DNA of 64,000 nt, taken from positions 352,001 to 416,000 of the forward strand of contig JBCCHT010000002.1 in the NCBI GenBank assembly GCA_039028615.1. The letters run 5' to 3'. This document shows, piece after piece, positions 9,684 through 19,767 of the stretch. This DNA is from Myxococcota bacterium. Lineage in GTDB: Bacteria; Myxococcota_A; Polyangia; Nannocystales; Nannocystaceae. The position numbers and the translations under genes were made by a program. Each line of letters opens with the position of its first letter. Positions within the stretch are counted from its first letter, which is position 1. The notes below the pieces were generated by a model. The model made no database searches. It had not been told where the DNA came from and was given only the letters and a program-made list of their open reading frames with translations.

Positions 9684-9711
9684 GCCGCCGCACCCTCTCT
9701 CGTAAACGAAA

Positions 9712-9746
9712 GAGCCCGAGTCCCTCGCAATCGAGGACTCGGGCTC
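9712..9746. terminator. hairpin between convergent SCP2 and xth genes
   Basis: 12-bp inverted repeat GAGCCCGAGTCC / GGACTCGGGCTC. Confidence 0.65.
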
Positions 9747-9771
9747 GGTCGTGTGGGCTCGCGGACGGAGC

Positions 9772-10551
9772 TCAGGAGAAGCGAGCCGTCACCGGGACGT
9801 GATCGGAGGGCACGTCCCACCCCCGCGGCTTGCGATCGTGAATGACCTCGGTGCAGCGCTCGGCCATTGCCTTGGTCGCGTAGACGTGATCGATGCGCAG
9901 CCCCTCCCCCTGCTCGTAGCCGTTGGTCCGGTAGTCGTACCAGGTGAAGTGTCCGCCCTCGGAGACGTGCCGGCGGAAGCAGTCCTCGAGCCCGAAATCG
10001 AGCAGGTTGGCCAGCGCAGCGTGCTCTTCGTCGGTAAAGAGCAGTCGTCCGCGAAAACGCTCGGCGTCGTACACGTCGCGGTCGTCGGGCGCGATGTTGA
10101 AGTCGCCCACGATCACCACCGAGCCGCCCGCGTCGTGCTTGGCGTCGAGCTCCTCTCGGAGGCGCTTCAGCCAGCGGAGCTTGTAGTGATAGGCATCCGA
10201 GCCCAGCTCGGTCCCGTTGGGCACGTAGAGGTTGTAGACGGTCAGCTCCCCCTGGGTCACCGCCAACACGCGAGGGTGCCGGTCGGCATCACCCTCGGCG
10301 AAGCCACACTGGACCGCATCGGGCTTGGTCTTGGTCAACGTGGCCACGCCCGCCAGCGCCTTGCCGCCGTGAAGCGTCACCTGATAGCCGAGCTCCATGA
10401 AGGGCACCCGCGGGAAGAGCTTGTCTTCGACCTTCGTCTCCTGCAGGCACACGATGTCGGGCTCGTGGTCGTACAAGTACGTGAGCACGTGATCGAGCCG
10501 GGCTCGGATCGAGTTGACGTTCCAGCTGGTGATCGACAGCGGGGTCGACAT
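9772..10551 (-). CDS. xth: exodeoxyribonuclease III
   Basis: SWNVNSIRAR, CLQETK, YVPNG, GDFNIAP, GLRIDH, SDHVP. Confidence 0.95.
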   Translation of the reverse strand: MSTPLSITSWNVNSIRARLDHVLTYLYDHEPDIVCLQETKVEDKLFPRVPFMELGYQVTLHGGKALAGVATLTKTKPDAVQCGFAEGDADRHPRVLAVTQGELTVYNLYVPNGTELGSDAYHYKLRWLKRLREELDAKHDAGGSVVIVGDFNIAPDDRDVYDAERFRGRLLFTDEEHAALANLLDFGLEDCFRRHVSEGGHFTWYDYRTNGYEQGEGLRIDHVYATKAMAERCTEVIHDRKPRGWDVPSDHVPVTARFS

Positions 10552-10623
10552 GGCGGCGGAGGCTAGCAGGGCTCCCTCCCCTCGCGTAGCCAGCGCTCCC
10601 TACGCGCGCTATGCTGGCAGTCC

Positions 10624-11037
10624 GTGACTGTCGACGAGCTGGAACGCGTGCTCCGAGCCGCGACCGACGAGATCGAAGGCGAGGACGGTCGTTGGCAACT
10701 TCGACTCGGAGAAGTGCCCTTGGCCTGCATGACCGATCTCCACTTCGATCGCATGCGGATCATCGCGCCCATCGCCGAGGTCGACGAAGTCACCGACGAG
10801 CTGCGCGATCTGTGCCTCGAGGCCAACTTCCACACCGCCCTCGATGCCCGCTACGCCACGAGCGAAGGCGTGCTCTATGCCGCCTTCATCCATCCTCTTT
10901 CGCCGCTCGATGCCGAGCAGGTCGAGTCTGCCATCCGTCAGGTTGCCAGCCTGGTCGAGACCTTCGGCACGACCTTCTCCAGTGGAGAGCTGGTCTTCGG
11001 CGATCCCCCGCCGGGCCAGGGCGGCCTGATGAACTGA
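10624..11037 (+). CDS. hypothetical protein, YbjN / T3SS-chaperone-like fold
   Basis: Acidic 137-aa ORF with RMRIIAPI...LEANFHTALDARYA...ETFGTTFSSG. Fold assignment is from memory. Confidence 0.6.
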   Translation: MTVDELERVLRAATDEIEGEDGRWQLRLGEVPLACMTDLHFDRMRIIAPIAEVDEVTDELRDLCLEANFHTALDARYATSEGVLYAAFIHPLSPLDAEQVESAIRQVASLVETFGTTFSSGELVFGDPPPGQGGLMN

Positions 11038-11497
11038 CACCGCAGTTCGCAGGCAGCGATCGGGCTGCGCGAAGTCGGGCCCTCTGAGGAGTGAGCCCCT
11101 CTGCTCGATATCGCGCCGCCCTCGCGTGGCATCGAACCCCTCGGTCTCGCCGACAGACGGTGTGCCCTGCCCATCGCGACGCGCGTACCGCGGACCGCCT
11201 CGGTAGATCGCCGTCGTGCGCGATTATGTGCAGGAACCCCGTACGTCCTCGTATTCGGGCACTGAGGGAGATCTCCTCGAATGAATGAGCACAGTCACAC
11301 ACCGTTCGAATCCGGCTTCTGAACAACGGTCAGCGAGATAATCTTGTGCTCTACGCAACGGTCGCGTCCTGTTTTCATGTGTGCGCATCTCCTTCCATCC
11401 CGTACCCTGGACCCATCAACTCATCCGGGTAACCAGATGGGCTGATGAGCGCCTCGCACGCGCTCCCAGGGGCCGGGGAAACACAAGAAGGAAGACG

Positions 11498-13264
11498 ATG
11501 CGGATGGCTGACTCACAGTTGAAGAATGTTCTCGGAATTGTCGCGGCATTTGCGCTCCCCATCGTGGGGGTGGGCTGCGCGGCTGACGACACGGGGGACG
11601 AGCTCGAGGGCTTCGACCAAGATCGAATCATCGAGATCAGCAACGAGAGCACCTGTGTGACGCTCATTGCGGGCAAGAAAGCCAACGCTGGCACGGTCTG
11701 CACGTCCATCGACAACACGGTCGACACCTCCGCCCAGTGTGGCGAGGGAGCAGCCGGCGTCATGAACGTCACCTTCGAAACGACCGGTCCCTGGGAGCTG
11801 GTCAAGGCCCGCATCGGCGTGGGCAAGGGCATGGAGGACATTCCGACCACGCGACGGGGACGCGTGAAGAAGAATCAGCTGCCCTACCAAAGCGGTGACA
11901 TCGAGGGCGCGACCAGCCAGAGCTTCGCCGTTCCGCTGTGCGAGCTCGGCCTCGATGCGGCGGACACCGAGTGCGACCCGCTCAAGGCCCACGTCGTCGC
12001 CCACGCCCGCGTTCGCAAGCAGCGTCGCAACGGCACCTACCGCTACAAGGGTGCCTGGGCCGACGGCATCTCGCTCGGCCGCCGCCGTCGCTGGGGCAAG
12101 TTCTTCACCATGGAGCTGACCTGCTCCGAGGGCGAGACCCCGCCCCCGCCCCAGGCTCAGTGCGAGACCGCCTTTGCGGCGGGCCCGGGCGCCACCTGTT
12201 TCTTGGGCGCCGACTTCGACGGTGACGGCCACGACGACGGCCACGGCAACTGGGGCTGGACCAACGGTCCCGTCGCCCCCGGCACCTCGACGCAGTGGCC
12301 CGTCTACGCGTCGGTCGGCGGCTGCGATCCCACGCAGGGGCAGCACGTCGGCAACCTGGGCATCTCCTACGACGGCTCCAACGCCACCGTCGTGTTCGAC
12401 CGCGTCGGCGAGATCACCCTCGACGAGGAGCAGCTGTACATCGGCAGCGAGGCGCTGGCCCGCGATGCCGACGGCGAGTTCACGGTCACGCCCGCCGACT
12501 TCCCGATCGCGGTCGACCTCGAGGACGCCACCCAGACCACGCACACCGTCTCCGGCCTCAGCGGCGACGTCCACGTCGTCTACCACGCGGTGGCGTGCGG
12601 CGAGGGCCTCGAGCCCAACGAGGATCCGCTGGCCGTGCTGACCGACGAGTTCCTCGTCGACGGCGACCTGTCCGGCTGGAGCATCCACGAGCCGAACACC
12701 GCCGACGTCAAGGTCGAGGACGGTGCGCTCATCATCGAGCCCTTCGGCAACACCCAGTGGTACGCCACCGACGAAGCGATGCAGGTCTACAAGACCGTCG
12801 CGGGTGACTTCTCCGTCTCGGCCCACATCCAGGTGACCAACCTGGCGGGCGAGCCCGCGGCCCCCGGCGACCCGTACCGCATCGGCGGCATCATGGTTCG
12901 CGACCCGGCCAGCGAACTGCCGAACACCTACCACATGGGCATCGGCAACATGAACCAGCCCGAGGTGGTCACCGTCTCCAAGAGCACCGACGAGGGCAGC
13001 AGCAGCATCGGCACTCAGCCCTGGGGCGGCACCACGGCCGAGATGCGAATCTGTCGAGTCGGCAGCGACATCCAGTCCTTCATTCGCCTCGACGACGACG
13101 AGGGCTGGCGACTGCTCGACCACCGCACGCGCGGCGATCTGCCCTCGACCCTGGCCGTCGGCGCGATCGGCTACGCCGGAACTCCCGTGCCCGACCTCCA
13201 CGTCGAGGCGGACTACCTACAGTTCCAGACCATCACCAAGCTCGAGGACTGCTACCGCGACTAG
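11498..13264 (+). CDS. secreted lipoprotein: two related beta-domains plus C-terminal ConA/DUF1349-like domain
   Basis: Lipobox-like IVGVGC after a hydrophobic stretch. C-terminal YKTVAGDFSV..GGIMVRDP..MRICRVG. Start moved to ATG 11498 (or 11504) behind AAGAAGGAAG. Confidence 0.65.
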   Translation: MRMADSQLKNVLGIVAAFALPIVGVGCAADDTGDELEGFDQDRIIEISNESTCVTLIAGKKANAGTVCTSIDNTVDTSAQCGEGAAGVMNVTFETTGPWELVKARIGVGKGMEDIPTTRRGRVKKNQLPYQSGDIEGATSQSFAVPLCELGLDAADTECDPLKAHVVAHARVRKQRRNGTYRYKGAWADGISLGRRRRWGKFFTMELTCSEGETPPPPQAQCETAFAAGPGATCFLGADFDGDGHDDGHGNWGWTNGPVAPGTSTQWPVYASVGGCDPTQGQHVGNLGISYDGSNATVVFDRVGEITLDEEQLYIGSEALARDADGEFTVTPADFPIAVDLEDATQTTHTVSGLSGDVHVVYHAVACGEGLEPNEDPLAVLTDEFLVDGDLSGWSIHEPNTADVKVEDGALIIEPFGNTQWYATDEAMQVYKTVAGDFSVSAHIQVTNLAGEPAAPGDPYRIGGIMVRDPASELPNTYHMGIGNMNQPEVVTVSKSTDEGSSSIGTQPWGGTTAEMRICRVGSDIQSFIRLDDDEGWRLLDHRTRGDLPSTLAVGAIGYAGTPVPDLHVEADYLQFQTITKLEDCYRD

Positions 13265-13400
13265 GTGAGTCCTCCGGCAGACCCCTACGCGGGTCGCGAC
13301 AGACGAGGTCGCAGCGAGGTTTCGCTGCGGCCTCGTGCGCTTTTCGACCTTCGATCCCTTGAGCACACATCGAGCTTCGGGGGAAGCTTGGAGGCACCGA

Positions 13401-16322
13401 GTGAAGGATCCCACCACACACGCGCCCGCGTCGTTGTTGACGAACACGGGCAGCGCTTCTCGGTCGGGACGCCGTCGTCGCTCCAGCGATCGAAGACGCG
13501 ACCGCGAGCTGCCCAGCGGGTCTCGCCTCGGTCGCTACGTGGTGCTCTACCGCCTCGGTCGCGGCGGCATGGGGGTCGTGTACGCGGCCTACGATCCTCA
13601 GCTCGATCGCAAGGTCGCGGTCAAGGTCCTGCGTCCCAATCGCAAGCCGCAAGACGGCGAGGACGACCGCATGCTGCTCGAAGCGCAGGCCCTCGCTCGG
13701 CTCGCGCATCCCAACGTCGTCGCCGTGCACGATGCCGGCTTGATCGACGGCCAGGTCTTCGTGGCCATGGACTTCGTGGAGGGCGACACCCTGCGGCGCT
13801 GGCTCAAGGCGGCCCCTCGCTCGCGACGGGAGATCCTCGACGCCTTTCGGCAGGCCGGCGAGGCCCTGGTCGCCGCCCACTCCGCCGAGATCGTCCACCG
13901 CGACTTCAAGCCCGACAACGCGATCATCGGCCGGGAAGGTCGGGTGCAGGTGCTCGACTTCGGGCTCGCGCGGCTGCGCAGCGACACGCCCGCGAACGAC
14001 TCGATGTCGGGGCGGCGGCTGAGCACCGAGCGCAGCGGCGGATACAGCCGGGAAGACTATCGGCGCAAAGGCACGCCCGCCTACATGGCGCCCGAGCAGC
14101 ACGACCACGAGGACGTGGGACCGGCCGCCGACCAGTTCTCCTTTTGCGTCTCGCTGTGGGAGGCCCTGTGCGGGCGCCCGCCCTTTTTCGGGCGTAACGA
14201 GGTCCTGCTCACCAACATCGTCACGGGCAACTTCTCCGACTCGGGACGCAAGCTCTCCGGGCACCTACGGAAGATCCTGCGGCGCGGGCTCGCAGTCGAT
14301 CCAGGCGATCGCTACCCCTCGATGCGGGCGCTGCTCACCGACCTCGATCGAGACCCCCGTCGACGCTGGCGTCGCGTGGGCTTGGGCGTGGGCGCGCTGG
14401 TCATCGCGGGCGGGGGTGCGGCCGCCTATGCCCAGCTCGCAGCGCCCTCCGATCCCTGCACGGCGGGCACCGAGCGCATGGCCGAGGTGTGGAACGACGA
14501 GACCCGCGCCCAGGTCGACACCGCCATCGCGAACTCGAACCGCGGCCACTCCTCGCACACGCAGCAAGCCATCGGCCAGGCCGTCGACGACTACTCACAG
14601 CGCTGGGTCTCGACCTATACCGAGGCCTGCGAGGCCACCCACGTGCGGCACGAGCAGTCGGATGCCCTGCTCGATCTGCGGATGAACTGCCTCAGCCAGC
14701 GCCTCGAAGACCTGTCTGCCGTGACCACTCTGCTGGCCGACGCGGACGGAGAGGTGGCCGACCGTGCGCTGTCGACCATCGACGGGCTCTCGGTGATCGA
14801 GGGCTGCAACGACGTGCTCGCCCTGCGTGAGCGTCAGCCGCTGCCCCGGGACGAAGAGCGCCGCCGCGAGGTCGAGCGAACTCGCGGACGCGTCGCCCAG
14901 AGCCGAGCTCTCGAGCGAGCGGGTCGCCTGGACGAAGCAGTGGTGGGTGCCCGGGCGGCCCTCCGACGCGCGCGGGAGCTCGACTACGAGCCGCTCGTGG
15001 CCAAGGCCGGCCTCGCCCTCGGCACCGCCCTCGAAGCCAAGGGGGACATCGACGAAGCCAGCCAGGTGTTGCTGGACGCCGAGCTCGCGGCCGAGGTCGC
15101 GCGCGACGACGCGGTGCTCATGGAGATCCGGGTGCTGCTGGTCATGGTCGAAGGCGACCGCCAAGCTCGCACGCACTCCGGGCACATCTGGGCCCGGCTG
15201 GCCCGCGCCACGCTCGAGCGCATCGGCGGCGACCCGGGCTTCGAAGCCCTGCTCGAGAACAACGTCGCCCTCGTGCTCGAGCACGAAGCCCGGCCCGAGG
15301 ACGTGCTCGCGCACCAACGCCGGGCGATCGAGCTGGCCGAGCAAGCCGGCCTCAGCGAGCTGCGCCGCGCCTCGCTGTACAACAACCTCGCCGGGACCCT
15401 CGCGCAAGTCGGTCGCTTCGACGAAGCCCTGCAGCGAGCCCAGCAAGCACGCCTGACCTGGGAGCGCTCGCTGGGCAGCCAGCACCATCGCGTGGCCACG
15501 GCCATGGCCATGCTCGGCTACATCTACGACCTGCGCGAAGACACCCGGCAGGCGCTGCACTGGTACCAGCGCGGCTACGACCAGATCGTGCGCGAGCTCG
15601 GGGCCGACAACCCGCGCACCGCCGAGCTGCTCGCCAACCTCGCGATCAGCCAGGCCCAGCGCGGGCAGCTCGAAGAGGCCGAGGGGAGCTTCCGCCGCGT
15701 CCTCGCGCTCAACACCAAGGCCTTTGGTCCCGACCATTTCCAGGTCGCCCGCGCCCACGTCAACCTCGGCGTGCTGCTCAGCCGCCGTGGCTACTACGAA
15801 GACGCGCTCGCCGAGCAACGACGCGCCCTCGCCATCAAGGAGCGCACGCTGGACGACGACAACCCCCAGCTCGCCGCGTCGCTCCACGAGGTCGCCAACG
15901 CGCTCGAGAAGCTCGAGCGACACCACGAAGCGCTGCCGCTGCGCGAGCGAGGCCTCGACATCCTCGAGCAAGCCTACGGACGCGGGCACGCTCGGCTCGC
16001 GACCGTGCTCGCCAACCTCGCCTACAACTACCTCGAGGTGGACGACCTCGGCCATGCCCTCTCCGTCGCGAGTCGAGGGTTGGTGGTGGCCGACGATCCC
16101 TCGGTGGGCCCGGTCGAGCGGGCGTACATCCAGCTCGTGCTCGCCTCGGTGCTGAGCGCTCGCGACGAAGACCTCGACCGTGTACGCGAGCTCTTCGACC
16201 TCGCCCAGCGCTCGCTGACCGACCACGAAGCGCCCACGCAGCGGCAGCTGCTGAGCCTGCTCGCCGAGCGCCATGGCTGGGAGGTCGAAGCCAGCCCCCC
16301 GCCCTCGGCCACCGCCGGTTAG
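13401..16322 (+). CDS. Ser/Thr protein kinase with TM segment and TPR repeats
   Basis: LGRGGMGVV, VAVK, HRDFKPDN, DFG, GTPAYMAPE; TM segment; TPR-like repeats (NNLA, NLG). Probable GTG start after GGAGG. Confidence 0.9.
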   Translation: MKDPTTHAPASLLTNTGSASRSGRRRRSSDRRRDRELPSGSRLGRYVVLYRLGRGGMGVVYAAYDPQLDRKVAVKVLRPNRKPQDGEDDRMLLEAQALARLAHPNVVAVHDAGLIDGQVFVAMDFVEGDTLRRWLKAAPRSRREILDAFRQAGEALVAAHSAEIVHRDFKPDNAIIGREGRVQVLDFGLARLRSDTPANDSMSGRRLSTERSGGYSREDYRRKGTPAYMAPEQHDHEDVGPAADQFSFCVSLWEALCGRPPFFGRNEVLLTNIVTGNFSDSGRKLSGHLRKILRRGLAVDPGDRYPSMRALLTDLDRDPRRRWRRVGLGVGALVIAGGGAAAYAQLAAPSDPCTAGTERMAEVWNDETRAQVDTAIANSNRGHSSHTQQAIGQAVDDYSQRWVSTYTEACEATHVRHEQSDALLDLRMNCLSQRLEDLSAVTTLLADADGEVADRALSTIDGLSVIEGCNDVLALRERQPLPRDEERRREVERTRGRVAQSRALERAGRLDEAVVGARAALRRARELDYEPLVAKAGLALGTALEAKGDIDEASQVLLDAELAAEVARDDAVLMEIRVLLVMVEGDRQARTHSGHIWARLARATLERIGGDPGFEALLENNVALVLEHEARPEDVLAHQRRAIELAEQAGLSELRRASLYNNLAGTLAQVGRFDEALQRAQQARLTWERSLGSQHHRVATAMAMLGYIYDLREDTRQALHWYQRGYDQIVRELGADNPRTAELLANLAISQAQRGQLEEAEGSFRRVLALNTKAFGPDHFQVARAHVNLGVLLSRRGYYEDALAEQRRALAIKERTLDDDNPQLAASLHEVANALEKLERHHEALPLRERGLDILEQAYGRGHARLATVLANLAYNYLEVDDLGHALSVASRGLVVADDPSVGPVERAYIQLVLASVLSARDEDLDRVRELFDLAQRSLTDHEAPTQRQLLSLLAERHGWEVEASPPPSATAG

Positions 16323-17092
16323 AACAGAAGCGGGACCCCGACCCACGCCGCCAAGGCCAGGTTGCCCGCCGCGACCCAGCGATACGGCGGATAGAGCCGA
16401 AACCGTAGCCAGTAGCCGAACACCAGGCCTCCGACCATGGCGGCCGCGGGATGGCCCGCCAACGCGCAAGCGAGCATCATCGGCCAGCACAGCACCAGGC
16501 ACGTCCAGCCCAGACGCAGGCCATCCGCGAAGACGTGTCGCGCCCAGATCCATCGACGCCCGGGCAACGGACGGCCACCGTGGCAGGACCACAGCGAGCG
16601 TTCATGGGTTTTCGTGAGGGTCCAGCCCGCCGAAAAGAGGAAGAGCACTACCGCGATGGGTGCGGCGAACTTCCCGAGGGCGATGGTGACCCACGCGACG
16701 GGGTAGGCGAGCACGACCCAGGGCATCAGATAGCCCAGCACGAAGAGACCGACGCCCACGCGGCGCACATGCAGGAACGAGCGAAACGCCACTCGTCGGA
16801 TGTGGAGCACCTCGAGCGGGAGCATCATCGCGACCACCATCGCCATCCAGGCGACGGCCGAACCCGTGATCGGGCTCGCGGCGGAGCGATGGTGATGATG
16901 GTGGTGGTGGTCTCCACCGTCCATTCCGCTGGCCTGGGCCTCGAACCCGAGCCCCTGGACCATGTGCGGCAGCATCATGGCCCAGCCGACCAAGGCGAGG
17001 GCCAGGACCCACCACTCGGGATGAGCCCGGCACCAGCGCCTCAGACCAGCCCATCGATTGGAACGTGTCGACATCGCCGTTTGGCCTCTCAT
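16319..17092 (-). CDS. DUF2182-like putative metal-binding integral membrane protein with poly-His
   Basis: WMAMVVAMMLP, GYLMPW, CH and CWPMM motifs and a HHHHHHH run. ATGA overlap with the tyrosinase stop. Confidence 0.75.
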   Translation of the reverse strand: MRGQTAMSTRSNRWAGLRRWCRAHPEWWVLALALVGWAMMLPHMVQGLGFEAQASGMDGGDHHHHHHHRSAASPITGSAVAWMAMVVAMMLPLEVLHIRRVAFRSFLHVRRVGVGLFVLGYLMPWVVLAYPVAWVTIALGKFAAPIAVVLFLFSAGWTLTKTHERSLWSCHGGRPLPGRRWIWARHVFADGLRLGWTCLVLCWPMMLACALAGHPAAAMVGGLVFGYWLRFRLYPPYRWVAAGNLALAAWVGVPLLF

Positions 17093-18492
17093 TGTGCGTA
17101 GAGGCTGAGACGACCGATACGCATCCGATCGCCCGCCGCGGGGCGCACGGGTCGGATGTCGATCGGGACCGTCGTTCGATCCGCAAGGGCCTCGACCGCT
17201 TCGGTGACGTCGAGATCCGAGCTGAGGCCCGCGCCCCCGTGCTTGTCGTCCGTGTCACTCGCCGCCGCGATCCCAAACGGAGAAACGCGTCCCACGAAGT
17301 GCCGCTCTCGCTCCTCGTCGTCGGCTCCGGCCGGGACCCCCACGTAGACGTCGAACGCTCCAACGTTGGTGTCGCTCGTCATGTGCTCGATGTGAAGGAC
17401 ATAGCGCGTCGACTCCGGGTCGTTGTTTGCGTACCGCGGCTCGAGGGGAAGCGAAGTGGCCGTCACGCCGCGGTCCATCGGCACCTCCAGCGCGGCGTCG
17501 GCCACCCCGATCATCGTGGGTTCGATGGGAGCCGATGCAGCGAAGCGGGCCGGAGGTTGGGCCTCCGCTGACGGTACGGGATCGCTGACGTCCTCGTAGA
17601 GGTATCCGAGTTCTGCCGTCTTCACGACTTCGCGGGGAGTCATCCAGTGGTCGTTGCCATTGACGTCCTTGAATCGGAACCGTTGCTCCAACCAGACGCG
17701 GCTCGTTGGGTTCTCGTTTCGAGGGCTGCGGGCGACCCACACGTCCCATAGTCGGTCGAGGTTGCAGTGGTGGGTGTAGAAGCTGGGATCCCGCGCCGAC
17801 CGATCGAAATCGGCCATGACCTCACCAACCGCCACGTGGACCGAGTTGTGCGGGTACTGTTCCAACGCCCCTTGCTCCTTCAGGTTCAGATGCTCGGTTC
17901 TGCCGATGTTCCGGCTCCCGAAGTTCTCGAACCCACTGACGAGCAAGGTGTCCTTCGTCCGAACGGATCTTTCCCCAAAGGAACGGCCGTCGTTGATGTA
18001 GCGATCCTCCAAGAACAGGTGGTTCGGCTCCGCCCGGTTCGTCCCCGTCTCGGTGGCGGTCCACTCCCGCTTGCGGAACGACTTCGGTAGCCGGCGGCGT
18101 TCTTCTTCACTCACCGCTCCGGCACCGCCCTTGCCCTGGTAGGTCCTCCAGTACGGCAGGGTCCAGTCTTTCGGCCCTTTCAGCACCTCCCCGTGCACCT
18201 CGACCCCGTCGCGGATGATCTTCGCCACGATGCTCTCGAAGTGAAGCAAGTAAATCCGATGCCAGGGCCAGATGAACCAATGGCCGTGCTGGCACTGCCT
18301 CCAGTACGGCTTCATCTGCGGCGGCAACGGTCGCTCCCGCTTGGGAACCGAGTGGATCTTCGCTTGAAACAGCCAGCTTCGATGATCCGTCTCGGGCAGG
18401 CTCTTCATGAAGCCGACCGCCCGGCTGTACCACAGCATGGTGTCGTCATTGGGGTCGGCTTCGATCGTCAGGATGTCTTTGCGTGTCTTCAT
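17089..18492 (-). CDS. tyrosinase / polyphenol oxidase with C-terminal cap domain
   Basis: CuA: IH...CQHG.WFIWPWHRIYL, LPYW. CuB: PHNSVH...RDPSFYTHHCNLDRLW. Start uncertain (ATG 18492 chosen; ORF open to 18651). Confidence 0.9.
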   Translation of the reverse strand: MKTRKDILTIEADPNDDTMLWYSRAVGFMKSLPETDHRSWLFQAKIHSVPKRERPLPPQMKPYWRQCQHGHWFIWPWHRIYLLHFESIVAKIIRDGVEVHGEVLKGPKDWTLPYWRTYQGKGGAGAVSEEERRRLPKSFRKREWTATETGTNRAEPNHLFLEDRYINDGRSFGERSVRTKDTLLVSGFENFGSRNIGRTEHLNLKEQGALEQYPHNSVHVAVGEVMADFDRSARDPSFYTHHCNLDRLWDVWVARSPRNENPTSRVWLEQRFRFKDVNGNDHWMTPREVVKTAELGYLYEDVSDPVPSAEAQPPARFAASAPIEPTMIGVADAALEVPMDRGVTATSLPLEPRYANNDPESTRYVLHIEHMTSDTNVGAFDVYVGVPAGADDEERERHFVGRVSPFGIAAASDTDDKHGGAGLSSDLDVTEAVEALADRTTVPIDIRPVRPAAGDRMRIGRLSLYAQ

Positions 18493-18738
18493 GAGGTTCC
18501 GGTCCAGGCGCTCGCGATGGCTCATCGACGGGAGCTGAGAGTCGAGGCGTTGCGCTCGACTGGCGCAGGTCATCGAGGGGAGCCCAATGGCTGTTCCCCG
18601 ACCCGACCAGGACGACCAAAGATTGCTACCGAACGCCGATTTCGAGCTCAAACAGCAGATTCACGTCCACATTCGTTGGCGCACTGCCGTTCACCGAGGC
18701 AGCCCAACGGGGACCATCAGGCCCCCCGCAGCAAAGAA

Positions 18739-19767
18739 CTAAACGAGCATGTGCCGATGCAAGGGCCGGCCTTGGCCGAGTTCCTGGACGAGGTGGAACA
18801 TCAGCTCGGTAAAGCGGCTGCCTTGCCGTGAGACGGTCCGCTGAAAGACCTCGTCTTCGCGCAGCCGCACCACCATGGGCTCTTTGCCATCCTCGGTGCG
18901 CTCCAAGTACGCACGATACAGATCGAGCATCTCCTCGACCTGCGGCACATCCCGGCCCACGACGTCGGAGAGACTCCGCAGTCGCTGCAGCGGCGTGCGA
19001 CCGACCATGCTTCGAACATCCTGCCGAGTCACGCGAACGGGATCGTCGGCGGTGAGCGCCAACAGGTAGGTCAGCGCCGAGAAGCACGTCAAGCAGCGAG
19101 CGAGTCGCATCTTGTAGCTCTTATAGCGACGCTCGGCGAGCAGCACGGCGGGGCGGTCCGCAGGCGAGATGGTGGTGTCCTGCTCGAGCTCCAGTCGTTT
19201 GTCGCGAAGCCGCGACTCGTGGTTGAGCAAGACGATCCGCCAGTAGCGAACGATGTCGTTGACGAGCACGAAGGGCAGATAGTCGCTCGAGTGCAGGTCT
19301 TCGTTGAGCCAGTAGGCGTCGAGGATCTTGTCGACGATGGTGTCGTGGGCGGGCTGCCCCATGAGCACTCGGCTCTCGAGCAACAAGAGCATGCGCTTGG
19401 TCAGCACGCCGCGACCATCGTCTTGCGGATCTCCGAGCAAATCGAGCAGCTCGGTGGCGCGCACGGGCTGGAGGTACTTGCCGTCCCCGTCCAGGGCGGG
19501 CAATCCGGCGGCGGCGTTGGCCGTGCGCACGGCGGTCACGAGCGGGGTGAGCTGCCGGGGTTCGTCGTCGATGCGCGCGATGTAGGCGTCGAGGTCGCTG
19601 CCCTTGCCCATCTCACCGCGCCCACAGGAGCCGGTGGCGTAGACGCAGGTGTGCTCGCCGATGAGCTCGGGGACACGTTCACCGAGCTGCGCGTCGAGGC
19701 TCCGCTGCAAGGCGGCGACCTTGTCTTCCGTGCGTTGGCGTCGTCGCTCGAATACCTCGCCGTCCAT
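18739..19767 (-). CDS. Pol-beta superfamily nucleotidyltransferase with helical C-terminal domain
   Basis: YATGSCGRGE....SDLD (GS + DxD), then KRMLLLLES, NDIVRYWR, YKMRLAR. TGATG overlap with the upstream exonuclease. Confidence 0.8.
   Translation of the reverse strand: MDGEVFERRRQRTEDKVAALQRSLDAQLGERVPELIGEHTCVYATGSCGRGEMGKGSDLDAYIARIDDEPRQLTPLVTAVRTANAAAGLPALDGDGKYLQPVRATELLDLLGDPQDDGRGVLTKRMLLLLESRVLMGQPAHDTIVDKILDAYWLNEDLHSSDYLPFVLVNDIVRYWRIVLLNHESRLRDKRLELEQDTTISPADRPAVLLAERRYKSYKMRLARCLTCFSALTYLLALTADDPVRVTRQDVRSMVGRTPLQRLRSLSDVVGRDVPQVEEMLDLYRAYLERTEDGKEPMVVRLREDEVFQRTVSRQGSRFTELMFHLVQELGQGRPLHRHMLV

Noticed and set aside
11430..11482. CTGATGA...GAAAC resembling a hammerhead core; TAACC...GCTGATGA..GCCT resembling the 3' half of a fluoride riboswitch
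   Set aside because: GAAA does not directly follow a closable stem II and I found no stem III or cleavage triplet. The 5' GATG segment of the fluoride motif is absent. Kept only as an unassigned structure.
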